DNA of 64,000 bases. Origin: Chitinophagales bacterium (GTDB lineage: Bacteria; Bacteroidota; Bacteroidia; Chitinophagales; LD1). How positions within the stretch are numbered: the first letter of the stretch is position 1; every line of letters begins with the position of its first letter. The stretch covers positions 76,443 to 140,442 of the forward strand of contig JAXLUN010000004.1 in NCBI GenBank assembly GCA_046329535.1. Direction: 5' to 3'. The notes beneath the pieces were generated by a model. The model was given only the letters and a program-made list of their open reading frames with translations. It was not told where the DNA came from and did no database searches. Positions 49,999 through 59,100 of this stretch are shown here, one piece after another. Position numbers and translations under genes: made by a program.

Positions 49999-50307
49999 AT
50001 GAAGTTTCATGTAAAAAAGAATGACGAAGTAATTATTATAGCAGGCGATGATAAAGGAAAGAAAGGCCGTATCATTGATGTAGATCGTCAGAAAGGGCGT
50101 GTGTTTGTAGATGGTGTTAATCTGAACAGTAAGCACACTAAGCCTAACGCAAAGAATCCTAATGGTGGTATTGTAAAAACGCCCGGCTCAATCAATATTT
50201 CCAATGTTCAGTTACTGTCAGATGGAAAACCAACCAGAATAGGACGTAAAGAGGAGAAGGGCAAAACGGTTCGTTTTTCTAAAAAGACCGGTAAGTCGTT
50301 AGACTAA
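49999..50307 (+). CDS. rplX: 50S ribosomal protein L24
   Basis: KOW motif VKKNDEVIIIAGDDKGKKGRI; 102 aa, in the conserved position after rplN. Confidence 0.9.
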   Translation: MKFHVKKNDEVIIIAGDDKGKKGRIIDVDRQKGRVFVDGVNLNSKHTKPNAKNPNGGIVKTPGSINISNVQLLSDGKPTRIGRKEEKGKTVRFSKKTGKSLD

Positions 50308-50331
50308 TTATAAACCGACAGCAAATTCAAA

Positions 50332-50357
50332 GGCGAAACATTGTTTCGCCTTTTTTA
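50332..50357 (+). terminator. Rho-independent terminator directly after rplX
   Basis: GGCGAAAC (50332-50339) pairs with GTTTCGCC (50343-50350) around a 3-nt loop and is followed by TTTTTTATTTT. Confidence 0.8.
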
Positions 50358-50388
50358 TTTTCATACCCTTAACTGCTGTGATCCCTCT

Positions 50389-50829
50389 ATGGAATGGAAA
50401 CTAAAGTTGTTTAACAAGTTAACGAATGAAGAGCTTTATGCTATTCTTCAGTTGCGGCAGCGAGTATTTATTGTAGAGCAGAACTGCCCTTACTTAGATA
50501 ATGACGGCAAGGACTTTTATGCGCACCATTTGTGGGTACTCGGGCAGGGGCAAATAGCGGCCTATTGCCGTTTGTTGCCGGCAGGAATAAGTTATGAGGA
50601 GGTATCGATTGGACGTGTAGTTACTGCGCCCGAAATGAGAGGAAAAGGCTATGGACAAAAACTGATGGCCAAGGCTCTTGAAACAATTGAAGAGTTATAT
50701 GGTCCTGTACCGGTGCGCATTGGAGCACAAGCCTATTTGAGAAAGTTTTATGAGGATTTTGGTTTTGTAGATGTAGGCGAACCTTATTTAGAAGATGGTA
50801 TACCGCATCTGATCATGCTACGGACATGA
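50389..50829 (+). CDS. GNAT-family N-acetyltransferase, ElaA-like
   Basis: ELYAILQLRQRVFIVEQNCPYLDNDGKD..HH is an ElaA signature, and the acetyl-CoA loop is RGKGYGQKLM. The track TTG start at 50341 lies inside the rplX terminator, so ATG at 50389 is preferred. Confidence 0.75.
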   Translation: MEWKLKLFNKLTNEELYAILQLRQRVFIVEQNCPYLDNDGKDFYAHHLWVLGQGQIAAYCRLLPAGISYEEVSIGRVVTAPEMRGKGYGQKLMAKALETIEELYGPVPVRIGAQAYLRKFYEDFGFVDVGEPYLEDGIPHLIMLRT

Positions 50830-50859
50830 AAAAAGCCCCATGCGAAATGGAGCTTTTTG
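50829..50859. terminator. Bidirectional terminator between the convergent GNAT and lectin genes
   Basis: An A-run, then AGCCCCAT / ATGGAGCT (7 of 8 bp paired, 5-nt loop), then a T-run. It sits between the stop codons at 50827-50829 (+) and 50863-50865 (-). Confidence 0.55.
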
Positions 50860-50862
50860 TGT

Positions 50863-53800
50863 TTACTTGAGCAAGGTTACAGTGCCTTTGTATTTTCGGT
50901 TTTCACCATCTAAAAATGTAATGTTAGCTACATAGCTATAAACCCCGGGGTAGGCATCTTTGCCCTGATAGGTACCATCCCAGCCGATGGTGGTATTGTT
51001 AGAGTCGAACACCTTTTCGCCCCAGCGGTTAAATACCGTAAGCTTAAAGTAAACGGTATTGAGCGCGTAAACGGTAAACACATCGTTTTGCCCGTTGCCA
51101 TCGGGGGTAAACACGTTAGGAATAAACACTTGCTTATCGGCCAATACATTTACCTGTATTTCGCCAGAGGCTGAGCAGCCATTAGGGTCGGTTACCACTA
51201 CTTGATACTCCATGCTGTGAATAGCTGAGAAAGCCGGCATGGCACAGTCTGTACAGCTTAGATAAACAGCCGGGCTCCAGCTATAGGTATAGCTATTGTT
51301 GGCCGGAGTAATATTTACGTTTAAGCCTATTTCAGTGCCAAAGGGTATAGAGTCGAAACTGAGGCTGTTAAGGGTAATCTGGTCGGGTTCGGTCACTACT
51401 ACGGAATCGCTGGACTGGCAGTTGTTGGCATCGTTTACGGTGATGTTGTAGGTAGCCGCACCAACGTTTTGCAATGGTGCACCTGCACTGCCATTGCTCC
51501 AGTTAAAATTATAAGGTGGAACGCCCCCGGTAGCGGATACCTGTGCGCCTCCATCGGTATAACCAAAGCAGGTAGCGTTGGTTACGTTATCTACACTTAA
51601 AAGGAGCGGGGCTGGCGATTGCACGGTATAGGTAGCGCTGTCTAAGCATTGATTGGCATCGTATACCACCACACCATAGCTGCCGGCCGAAAGGGCAGAA
51701 GCGGTAGCTGTGTTTTGAACCGGTGTGGTGTTCCACACATACGAGTAGGATGGAGTGCCGCTGTTGGCAGTAACTGTAATGGCAGCATCGGCTGCGGCAA
51801 AACAGCTTTCATCGGTAGCATTAACCAGCGACAGCACCGGATTGGGGTTAACCGTAACCGTTAAGGTATTGCTGGTGTATTGGCAGCCGTTGGCATCTTG
51901 GCCGCTAAGGGTAAAGCTGCCCGACTGGGTAACGTTTATGTTATTGCCGGTAGCATTGTTGCTCCACAGGTAGCTAACGTAGGTAGAGTCGGAAGTTAAA
52001 TCGACATTGCCGCCTTGGCAGAACGCAAGCGGCCCTGCGGCACTGATAGTGGTAGGGGCAGGCGGGTTGTAAGTAACATTGATAGTGTTGCTGATATACT
52101 GACAGCCGGCTGCATCTACTGCGCCCATAAACCAGGCCCCCGGTTGCGATACGGTAACCGAGTTGGCCGTTGAATTATCGCTCCATAAATACGTAGCATA
52201 CACCGAGTCGGAGGTAAGGGTAACGCTGCCGCCCGCACATACAGGTATAGCACCCCCTGCGCTAATGGTAGTAGCAGCCGGAGGGTTTACGGTAACATTT
52301 ACCGTATCGGTAGCAAAGCAAGCACCGTTTATACCTACTAAAACATAAGGAGTGGTAACCGGTGCTGCAGTAGTATTGGTGTTGGTGTAAGTTGGGTTAG
52401 AAACGGTAGAGTCGGACAGGTGAAGCGAAGGCTGCCACAAGTAGGTAAAGCCCGCAGCGGGTGCGCTGCCTATTTGCACGGTGCCGCCCGAACAAACCGC
52501 TACATCGGGGCCGGCATTTGAAACCGGAGCAGCCGTAATGGTAAGGGTTTGGCTAACCTGAGGCGATACACAGCCTCCATCGGTTACATCGAGGGTAATG
52601 GTTTTATTGCCAAAGCCGCTCCACAGCACCTGATAAGGGCCCTGGCCGCTGCCGCTTTGAATAGTGCCGCCATTAAAGTTCCAGGTGTAGTTGGCGCTGG
52701 TAGGCGAGGTGCCGGTGTAGTTAACGGTTACCGGATTGTTTTCGCACACGGTATCGGGTAAAATAACAAACGACTGAGCGCCTCCGCCCAAGATAGTTAC
52801 ATCAATATTATCTACATCGGCACAGCCCCAGCGGTCGGTTACCACTACATTGTAGGTAGTGTTTACCACCGGATTAACCACATACGGGTTGGCGGTTGAG
52901 TTGCCGGGGTTCCAGGTATACACATAAGGGGCCGAACCCAGCAGGGTAGAAGCCGAAAAGCTGAGCGTGCTGCCGCCACAAACGGCCGTATCGTTAGGTA
53001 TAGTTAATTGCGGACAAAGGTTTACTTCAATTACCGATACACTTTGGGTATTGCAGGGGTAGTCGTTCCATTGGCCCGAAGAGTAGATTTGCGGACAATC
53101 TTCGCCATTGGCGCAGCGGTAGGCCTCGCTGCTTTGGCAGCCGCCCAACCAATCGGGAAAACTGCAACACGAAGAGTTCTGCCCGTTATTATTCGGCTCG
53201 CCCGGTGCCCAGTTCAGGTAGGTCATAGGGGTGCCATCCAGGGTTACCCAGGTGCCTTCATTGGCCTGGTCGGTGTAGCCCACCCACACAGCCTGATTGC
53301 CCGATATAATGCCCGCAGCATTGAGTGCCGCCACCACGGCTGCGTTTTCGGCAGCATCGTTAAACACTACCAGGTGCGCGCCCAATTGGCGGGCGGCAGT
53401 TTCGGCAGCATTGGCATCTTGCGAGGTAGGGTTTATAAAATATAAGCTGCATTGCTGGCCTTGCACCCCGCTCAGCTCGTTGTAACCCGCAGCGGCAAAG
53501 GCAGCGCGCAGGGCAAACAAATCGCAGCCCGGAGGGCCGGTGCACACCTGTGTGGTTACAGTGGCCGTAGCCGTAGCCTGGCAACTGTAGCGGTCGGTTA
53601 CTTGTACCTGATACGAGGTAGTAGCGCTGGGGGTAATATCAAGAATAGACGAGTTGCCTACGGTAGCGCCACCGGGCAGTTCGCTCCAGGTATAGCTGTA
53701 AGGTTGCGAGCCCAAAATAGTAGTAGCCGAAGCCTGTGTGTGGTAGCCCGAGCAAACCGGCAGGGCCGGAACCGTAGTGGTTATTTGCGGACAAAGGTTT

Positions 53801-54375
53801 ACTTCAATTACCGATACACTTTGCCTATCGCAAGGCAGGTCGTTCCAGTTTCCACCGCCATATATCTGCACACAATCCTCCCCGTATTGACAGCGCCATG
53901 CCTGGCTGCTTTGGCAACCGCCCAAGGCATCGGGAAAATTGCAACACGATGACCCCTGCCCGTTGTTGTTAGGCTCGCCCGATGACCAGTTAAGGTAGGT
54001 CATAGGCGTGCCGTCAAGCGTTACCCAGGTGCCTTCGCTGGCAGCATCGGTGTAGCCTATCCACACAGCCTGGTTGGCCGATATAATGCCCGCTGCATTA
54101 AGGGCCGCTACCACAGCCGTGTTTTCGGCTGCATCGTTAAACACCACCAGGTGGCCGCCCAGTTGCTGAGCCGCTACCTCGGCTACGTTGGCATCTTGCG
54201 AAGTAGGGTTAATAAAATACATACTGCACGGCTGACCCTGCACGCCCGTAAGCTCTATATAGCCCGCATTGGTATAGGCGGTTCTGATTGCCTGAATATT
54301 GCAACCCACGGGTTGTGCTACCCCTATAAAACCAGTAAAGACCAACAAACTCAGTAACAATAAGAGGTTTTTCAT
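50863..54375 (-). CDS. Secreted protein with two tandem C-type lectin-like domains, Ig-like/SprB repeats and a T9SS type-B C-terminal domain
   Basis: Signal peptide MKNLLLLLSLLVFTGFIGVAQ. The CTLD signature occurs twice: WIGYTD..EGTWVTLDGTPMTYLNW..GEPNNNGQ..GEDCVQIY..GNWNDLPC. SprB-type repeats are present (GTPSYSYVWN, GGVPPYNFNWSNG). The C-terminus is FIPNVFTPDGNGQNDVF..VFNRWGEKVF..WDGTYQGK..GVYSYV..GTVTLLK. Confidence 0.85.
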   Translation of the reverse strand: MKNLLLLLSLLVFTGFIGVAQPVGCNIQAIRTAYTNAGYIELTGVQGQPCSMYFINPTSQDANVAEVAAQQLGGHLVVFNDAAENTAVVAALNAAGIISANQAVWIGYTDAASEGTWVTLDGTPMTYLNWSSGEPNNNGQGSSCCNFPDALGGCQSSQAWRCQYGEDCVQIYGGGNWNDLPCDRQSVSVIEVNLCPQITTTVPALPVCSGYHTQASATTILGSQPYSYTWSELPGGATVGNSSILDITPSATTSYQVQVTDRYSCQATATATVTTQVCTGPPGCDLFALRAAFAAAGYNELSGVQGQQCSLYFINPTSQDANAAETAARQLGAHLVVFNDAAENAAVVAALNAAGIISGNQAVWVGYTDQANEGTWVTLDGTPMTYLNWAPGEPNNNGQNSSCCSFPDWLGGCQSSEAYRCANGEDCPQIYSSGQWNDYPCNTQSVSVIEVNLCPQLTIPNDTAVCGGSTLSFSASTLLGSAPYVYTWNPGNSTANPYVVNPVVNTTYNVVVTDRWGCADVDNIDVTILGGGAQSFVILPDTVCENNPVTVNYTGTSPTSANYTWNFNGGTIQSGSGQGPYQVLWSGFGNKTITLDVTDGGCVSPQVSQTLTITAAPVSNAGPDVAVCSGGTVQIGSAPAAGFTYLWQPSLHLSDSTVSNPTYTNTNTTAAPVTTPYVLVGINGACFATDTVNVTVNPPAATTISAGGAIPVCAGGSVTLTSDSVYATYLWSDNSTANSVTVSQPGAWFMGAVDAAGCQYISNTINVTYNPPAPTTISAAGPLAFCQGGNVDLTSDSTYVSYLWSNNATGNNINVTQSGSFTLSGQDANGCQYTSNTLTVTVNPNPVLSLVNATDESCFAAADAAITVTANSGTPSYSYVWNTTPVQNTATASALSAGSYGVVVYDANQCLDSATYTVQSPAPLLLSVDNVTNATCFGYTDGGAQVSATGGVPPYNFNWSNGSAGAPLQNVGAATYNITVNDANNCQSSDSVVVTEPDQITLNSLSFDSIPFGTEIGLNVNITPANNSYTYSWSPAVYLSCTDCAMPAFSAIHSMEYQVVVTDPNGCSASGEIQVNVLADKQVFIPNVFTPDGNGQNDVFTVYALNTVYFKLTVFNRWGEKVFDSNNTTIGWDGTYQGKDAYPGVYSYVANITFLDGENRKYKGTVTLLK
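53008..54303 (-). repeat. Intragenic tandem duplication (~780-bp period) of the CTLD-plus-linker module
   Basis: Residues ~25-196 and ~284-456 are near-identical. At DNA level, for example, GCGGACAAAGGTTTACTTCAATTACCGATACACTTTG occurs at both ~53010 and ~53790. Confidence 0.85.
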
Positions 54376-54486
54376 ATTACACTCATTTTATTTGCGTGCC
54401 AAAAGTATATTTTACAGGGGAAGAAAAAAGAACGAAAGGGTTAAAATATTAGCCGCTATGGTGCCGGATGGGGCGGGGTGTAAACA

Positions 54487-54516
54487 CATCGGGCGGCCCA
54501 TGCGGGCCGCCCGATG
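54487..54516 (-). terminator. GC-rich hairpin between two minus-strand genes (terminator/attenuator-like)
   Basis: CATCGGGCGGCCC (54487-54499) is the exact reverse complement of 54504-54516, with a 4-nt loop. There is no clear U-tract on the minus strand. Confidence 0.35.
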
Positions 54517-54535
54517 CTTTGGCAGGCGGTGGCTG

Positions 54536-55471
54536 CTAAAAAGTCAGCGAAAAATCGAGTTGGCTGATAGTGCCTTTGGGTATAGAGAAAGGTACCGCAG
54601 CCGTAATAAACCCGCTGGCAGTGCATTGCACCGTGTAGCTACCATAAGGCACACCCGTAATGCGGTAGATGCCTTCGCGATCGGTAAGGCCGGTGTCGCC
54701 TGTTTCTACCACGGTTATTGTTGCCCCGGCTATGGCTGTGGCATCGGCCTGGTTGGTTACGCTGCCGCGCAGCCCCGCAATGCCGGCCCCGCGAATGATG
54801 TAGAGGACTTTTTCCCACACAAATTGTTCGCGGAGTGCTTCATCGTTTCGAAAGGCGCGTTTCCCGTCTTTACAAAGCTGTATTATCTTATCGTATAAAG
54901 TATTGTTGGCTGTAATTTTAGCCTGTGTTTCCTGCTCACGCAGTTCTTCCTGATCTTGAAAATAGGAGAGAGCCAACTGAAAAGCGGCAGCTACATTGGT
55001 AAAGGTGGCGATAAAGACAGGCGGCATGTTGCCATTGGCTGTTAGCTGAGCGGTGTTATCGGTAAAAAACTGGATACCGCTTGCCATGAGGCCGGTGACG
55101 CTTTCCCAATCGAAGCCGGAAGCGGCCTGGTACTTTTTAGAGCCTGCTGCTTCGAGGGCAATTTTTTGCATGGCTCCTTTAAAGTCTTCGGCATCTTCAA
55201 TATAGCCTTTTAGCAGCTGCCAGGTATTGAGACATTTGGTTGCAGCGGTTTCGCATTCCAGCTTTATGGCTTTTACTACGGCTGCGCGGAAGTCTTCATC
55301 GGGCAGGGCTTCGGCTGCTGCCAGTTCGGTGAGGAGCGAGTTAAAATAGGGCAGGTCGTATTTAGGTTTAACGAGAGCGAGTTCGGGCTGTTTTCGAATG
55401 GCTGCCCGGATAACCATGCGGCCTGCCGAATAGAAGTCGGGCTGGCTGCAGTGATATTTTGCATCAGACAT
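54536..55471 (-). CDS. Hypothetical protein with a helical N-terminal ~225 aa and a C-terminal carboxypeptidase-regulatory-like beta-sandwich
   Basis: 311 aa. The C-terminal GSVTNQADATAIAGATITVVETGDTGLTDREGIYRITGVPYGSYTVQCTASGF fits the CarboxypepD_reg pattern. There is no signal peptide. Confidence 0.55.
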   Translation of the reverse strand: MSDAKYHCSQPDFYSAGRMVIRAAIRKQPELALVKPKYDLPYFNSLLTELAAAEALPDEDFRAAVVKAIKLECETAATKCLNTWQLLKGYIEDAEDFKGAMQKIALEAAGSKKYQAASGFDWESVTGLMASGIQFFTDNTAQLTANGNMPPVFIATFTNVAAAFQLALSYFQDQEELREQETQAKITANNTLYDKIIQLCKDGKRAFRNDEALREQFVWEKVLYIIRGAGIAGLRGSVTNQADATAIAGATITVVETGDTGLTDREGIYRITGVPYGSYTVQCTASGFITAAVPFSIPKGTISQLDFSLTF

Positions 55472-55639
55472 AGTTGTTTGTTTTAGAGATTAAGAAATAG
55501 AGAACCATGACAATAAGCGTTCGAACTGCTTGTGTTAGAAACGCATGGAGGAGTTTTAATATTGTGATTGGACTGTCATGGTATTGTCATAAATACAGCG
55601 GCAGACAGAAGTTAGTAAGATGGATGCTGAAAGGGTAGA

Positions 55640-55930
55640 GAGAAAAACAGCAGTACGCAAGAGTAAAGCCTGTATGGGTAGGAGAAAAGGCGGTGCCGGT
55701 AAGAGAAAAACCCGTATGAGGAGGAGAAAAGGGGGTACCGGATAGTGCCCGGGCGGTATGGGAAAGAGAAAAGGCGGGATTAGGCGGAGAAACGCCTGTG
55801 TTAGAAAGTGCAGAGGCTGAGTTGGGAAGAGAAAAGGCGGTACCGGTAAGAGAAAAACGCGCGGGTAGTAAGAGAAAAGCCTGTATAGGCAGGAGAAAGG
55901 GGGAGGCCGGATTTAGAAGGAGAAGACACC
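55640..55930. repeat. Degenerate 21-bp-phased repeat array with a conserved GAGAAAA core
   Basis: Cores fall at 55640, 55661, 55682, 55703, 55724, 55766, 55787, 55829, 55850, 55872 and 55893, on a 21-bp lattice with degenerate units at ~55745, ~55808 and ~55914. The array lies in the 710-bp divergent intergenic region. Confidence 0.8.
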
Positions 55931-56181
55931 GGGGGAGTAACCTTAAGCCCTCAACGCATAACAACTTTACCTTGGCTTTATTAACTTGCAGTAATGAAGT
56001 GTAAAACAGTGGAGGCATGAAAAGAAAGGGCGCAAGTGGTATTTTGTCTTGTTGCGGGAAGGAAACGGGTTTACCATTTGAGTATTTAATATGGTTTGAT
56101 GAGTAGACAATAAGCTTTGATTAGTAGTTAATAATTGTTTTATTTTACAAAAGAGATTAAGCACACTAAAAACCACCTACT

Positions 56182-59100
56182 ATGAAACACAAAATTTACA
56201 TCCTGCTTTTGTTTTGTATTTACGTTTGTTTAGCAGTAACAACGAGGGCACAAAGTATTGCGCTTACCGGTGGTAACGTAATACAATATTGCGGAGCAAA
56301 TCGCGTAGTGTCATTTACTGTGGACGGTATGACGAGTAATAATATTAGCGGGAGTTTTTCTATGCTAGGAGGAACAAGTTCTCCGTTTTTGAACATTGTA
56401 AATATTACCAGTAGTAACCCCTCCGTAAATATAATAACGGGAACGTTAAACGCAACTACTGTAAGTTATACTTTGACTGTTGGAACCGGCAATACAGAAG
56501 TGATAGATTTGAATGTAGAAATAGAACCCGACTGCGAGATATTTGATTTGTATGTTTCGGGACAATATCATGGCTTTAACGGGGCGTATCCTATACAGCG
56601 AGGCATCTCTGCCCAGTTAGGAACCAACCCAACTACCGATTTTCCGGTTACTATCAATTTTCCGCTGTTGGCTGTATCAAGTACACCGGTTAGTGGTAGC
56701 CAATCAACCAGTTGCAATTTGGTTTGGGATAATACTAACCAAGCGTATAGGCGGACAATACGAATTGTAAATAATGGGGAGCCGATGAGTCTTACCGGAG
56801 CAGAAGTAAGGTTTGTAGAAAATTTTAGTTCCGGGCTGCTAAATATAACCAGTGTAACAAATCAATCAAACAGTGTTCTAACGGGAGCGTTGCCCGCCAT
56901 ACCGGCAAATCCTTTTTATGTAACGATTAGCGGCAATAATCTTTCATTGGCCATTGATAATACTGACGGAGACGCCAATGTTTGGGGGCAGGGTGAAGTT
57001 TTAACGATGATTGAGGTGATTGATGACTGCCCGGAATTTAACTCCCAAATACATGTTGAGTACAGATGCGGGGAAATGCCGAGCGGAAATTATTGCTACG
57101 GCTCAGTGCCGTTTACCTGCCAAGGAACAGGAAGTAATACACCAGTTATTAGCGCTACTCTCTCAGGATTTGACCCCGCCTTTACACCAGATTACTGCTA
57201 TGGTACGGGCAATTTGAATCATTTTATTTTACAGTTAACGAATACATCTGCCACTGCAACTGATGCGGCTTTGGTAAAAGTATTTTTTGCAAATACTGTT
57301 GGTTCTATGACGACATTTAATTTCAATACACTTGCAGTTACTTCAAGTTTGGGCGGTGCGATTGCACACAGTATTGTTACGAGTAGCGCGGGCGTTAGTG
57401 TTGAGTTTGCTGCAAATACATATTTGCACCAATACGAAGTCTATACTTTGACATGGGATGGTAGTATTGGTTGCCCGGTTGGTGCGAGTTGTACGGATAT
57501 ATCGAGCATGTACAGAAGATATGAGTATGAGTATGAAGGAGGTTGTGAATTGGATAATCAGTATAATAAAGGGCCTTACGCTTTCTTTGACCCGAATACA
57601 GTGAGTGTGTATATGGGTGGGTTGAGCGTGCCACCAGCTATTGGGCCTACCAGTTTAGTGCATACAGGAACACCAGGAACAGATGCCAATGAAGCTGTAT
57701 CTACCTATGAAGTAAATATACCTGCAAATGTACCTTATGCGTTATGGCCAGGCAATGGGAATAACCGAGCGTATATTTTGAACTTTACCCTTTGTGAAGA
57801 TATGGTGTTTGAAAACAACGTAGATTGGGGAGGCGGATTAGTTACGAGTTCTGCGGCTATCATTCCTGATGTTTCAGTAATGATACCAGGAGTAACAGGA
57901 TGGACAAGTTTAAATAATCTGCCCTCGGGAATTTCGGCCATGTTTCAATCTTATAGCGGGGGTAGCGGTATTACACTGACCCTGCCATTTGGTACTAGTA
58001 TAGGCGGAGTGACTGTAGATGAAGATTTTTTGAACGGATTGAGTTTTCAAATTCGAGTAAGGCCGCACTGCGGTTCGGGCAATCCTCAATGTGCATTAAG
58101 TGTTACAGCTTCTTATGTACCTGACCGGACATGCGCTACACCTTGTACTATACCGATAGGTTGTAGTATTAAAAGGGTAAACATACAGTGCCCAGGTTGT
58201 ATTATAAGTGGAATTTACAGCAACGTTATGTATGGAGAGCGATACAGTGGAGATTATGGATTGATTGATGACGATGATAATGGGCTGGCAGATTCTCAGG
58301 TTTCTGCTTTTACGTCTACCAACAACCAAGTACGAAGAAAGACGCTGATGTATGGCGACCGAGTAGAGCTTAATTATAACGGGGAGGTTAACCTGGGTTC
58401 AGGTTATTTTCCTTCTGTATCTGCAACTGCAAACACGTTAACTGCTTTTGGAAATTTGATGGCAGGGAGCCCAACCGAGCAAACTTACTACGCAGCAAAT
58501 CAGGCAAAGTTGGGCTTCAATTATGCGTATCTCAGGGTTTCTTTTTCGGACGGAGACCCTATACCGGGTGTTGGTAACCATTTTGCAGATTTGATGACTG
58601 CAAGTGACGGAGACGGGACGGACCCACATCTTCTACTTACCATACATGACGGCACGAATGATTATAATTTCAACCTAAGCACCACCAACTCCGGTATTAA
58701 CAACTTTATGTATCGGAATACAATTGCTGCCGGTTCTACTGGAGGGGAGGATGAATACTTGTATGATATTTCGGTGGCAACTCTAAATTCCATAGGTCCC
58801 GATGTTTTACCGACCGGTAATGGTGGTTTCAGATACCATGACGGTGTAACCATAGATGCTAAACTTATTTACAAGTTAGACAGGAATGTAGGGGTTAACA
58901 ACAACTTTCCTTACGGATTGGACGAAGGTATTTCTGTTGGCTGCTATGGTTCACTGCGGGCAGTTGATATTGACAACCCTACAGATTGGCCTGTAGACCG
59001 AAGATATATACAATGCTCAACACCTTTTACAAGCCAAACAGTTTTGACGGGAGCTTGTAATAATCCAAATACATTAAGCACATGTAACAACCCTGTAAAC

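Noticed and set aside
53008-54303. Diversity-generating retroelement (VR/TR pair) acting on the C-type lectin fold
   Set aside because: The two copies are both inside one ORF. Their differences are spread over many codon types rather than confined to adenine positions, and no reverse transcriptase gene is present in the window.
51649-54898. Numerous 60-199-aa plus-strand ORFs (for example 53008-53445, 53452-53952, 54299-54898)
   Set aside because: All lie antisense to two well-supported minus-strand genes in the GC-rich segment. Long antisense ORFs are expected at high GC content, and their translations are low-complexity and Arg/Ala/Gly-rich.
55587-56018. 143-aa minus-strand ORF with heptad FSLTGTA-like repeats, and the overlapping 68-aa plus-strand ORF
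   Set aside because: The periodicity simply mirrors the 21-bp DNA repeat, and ORFs are open on both strands. The N-terminus is not protein-like and no ribosome-binding context was seen. I treat the region as non-coding, although proteomics could overturn this.
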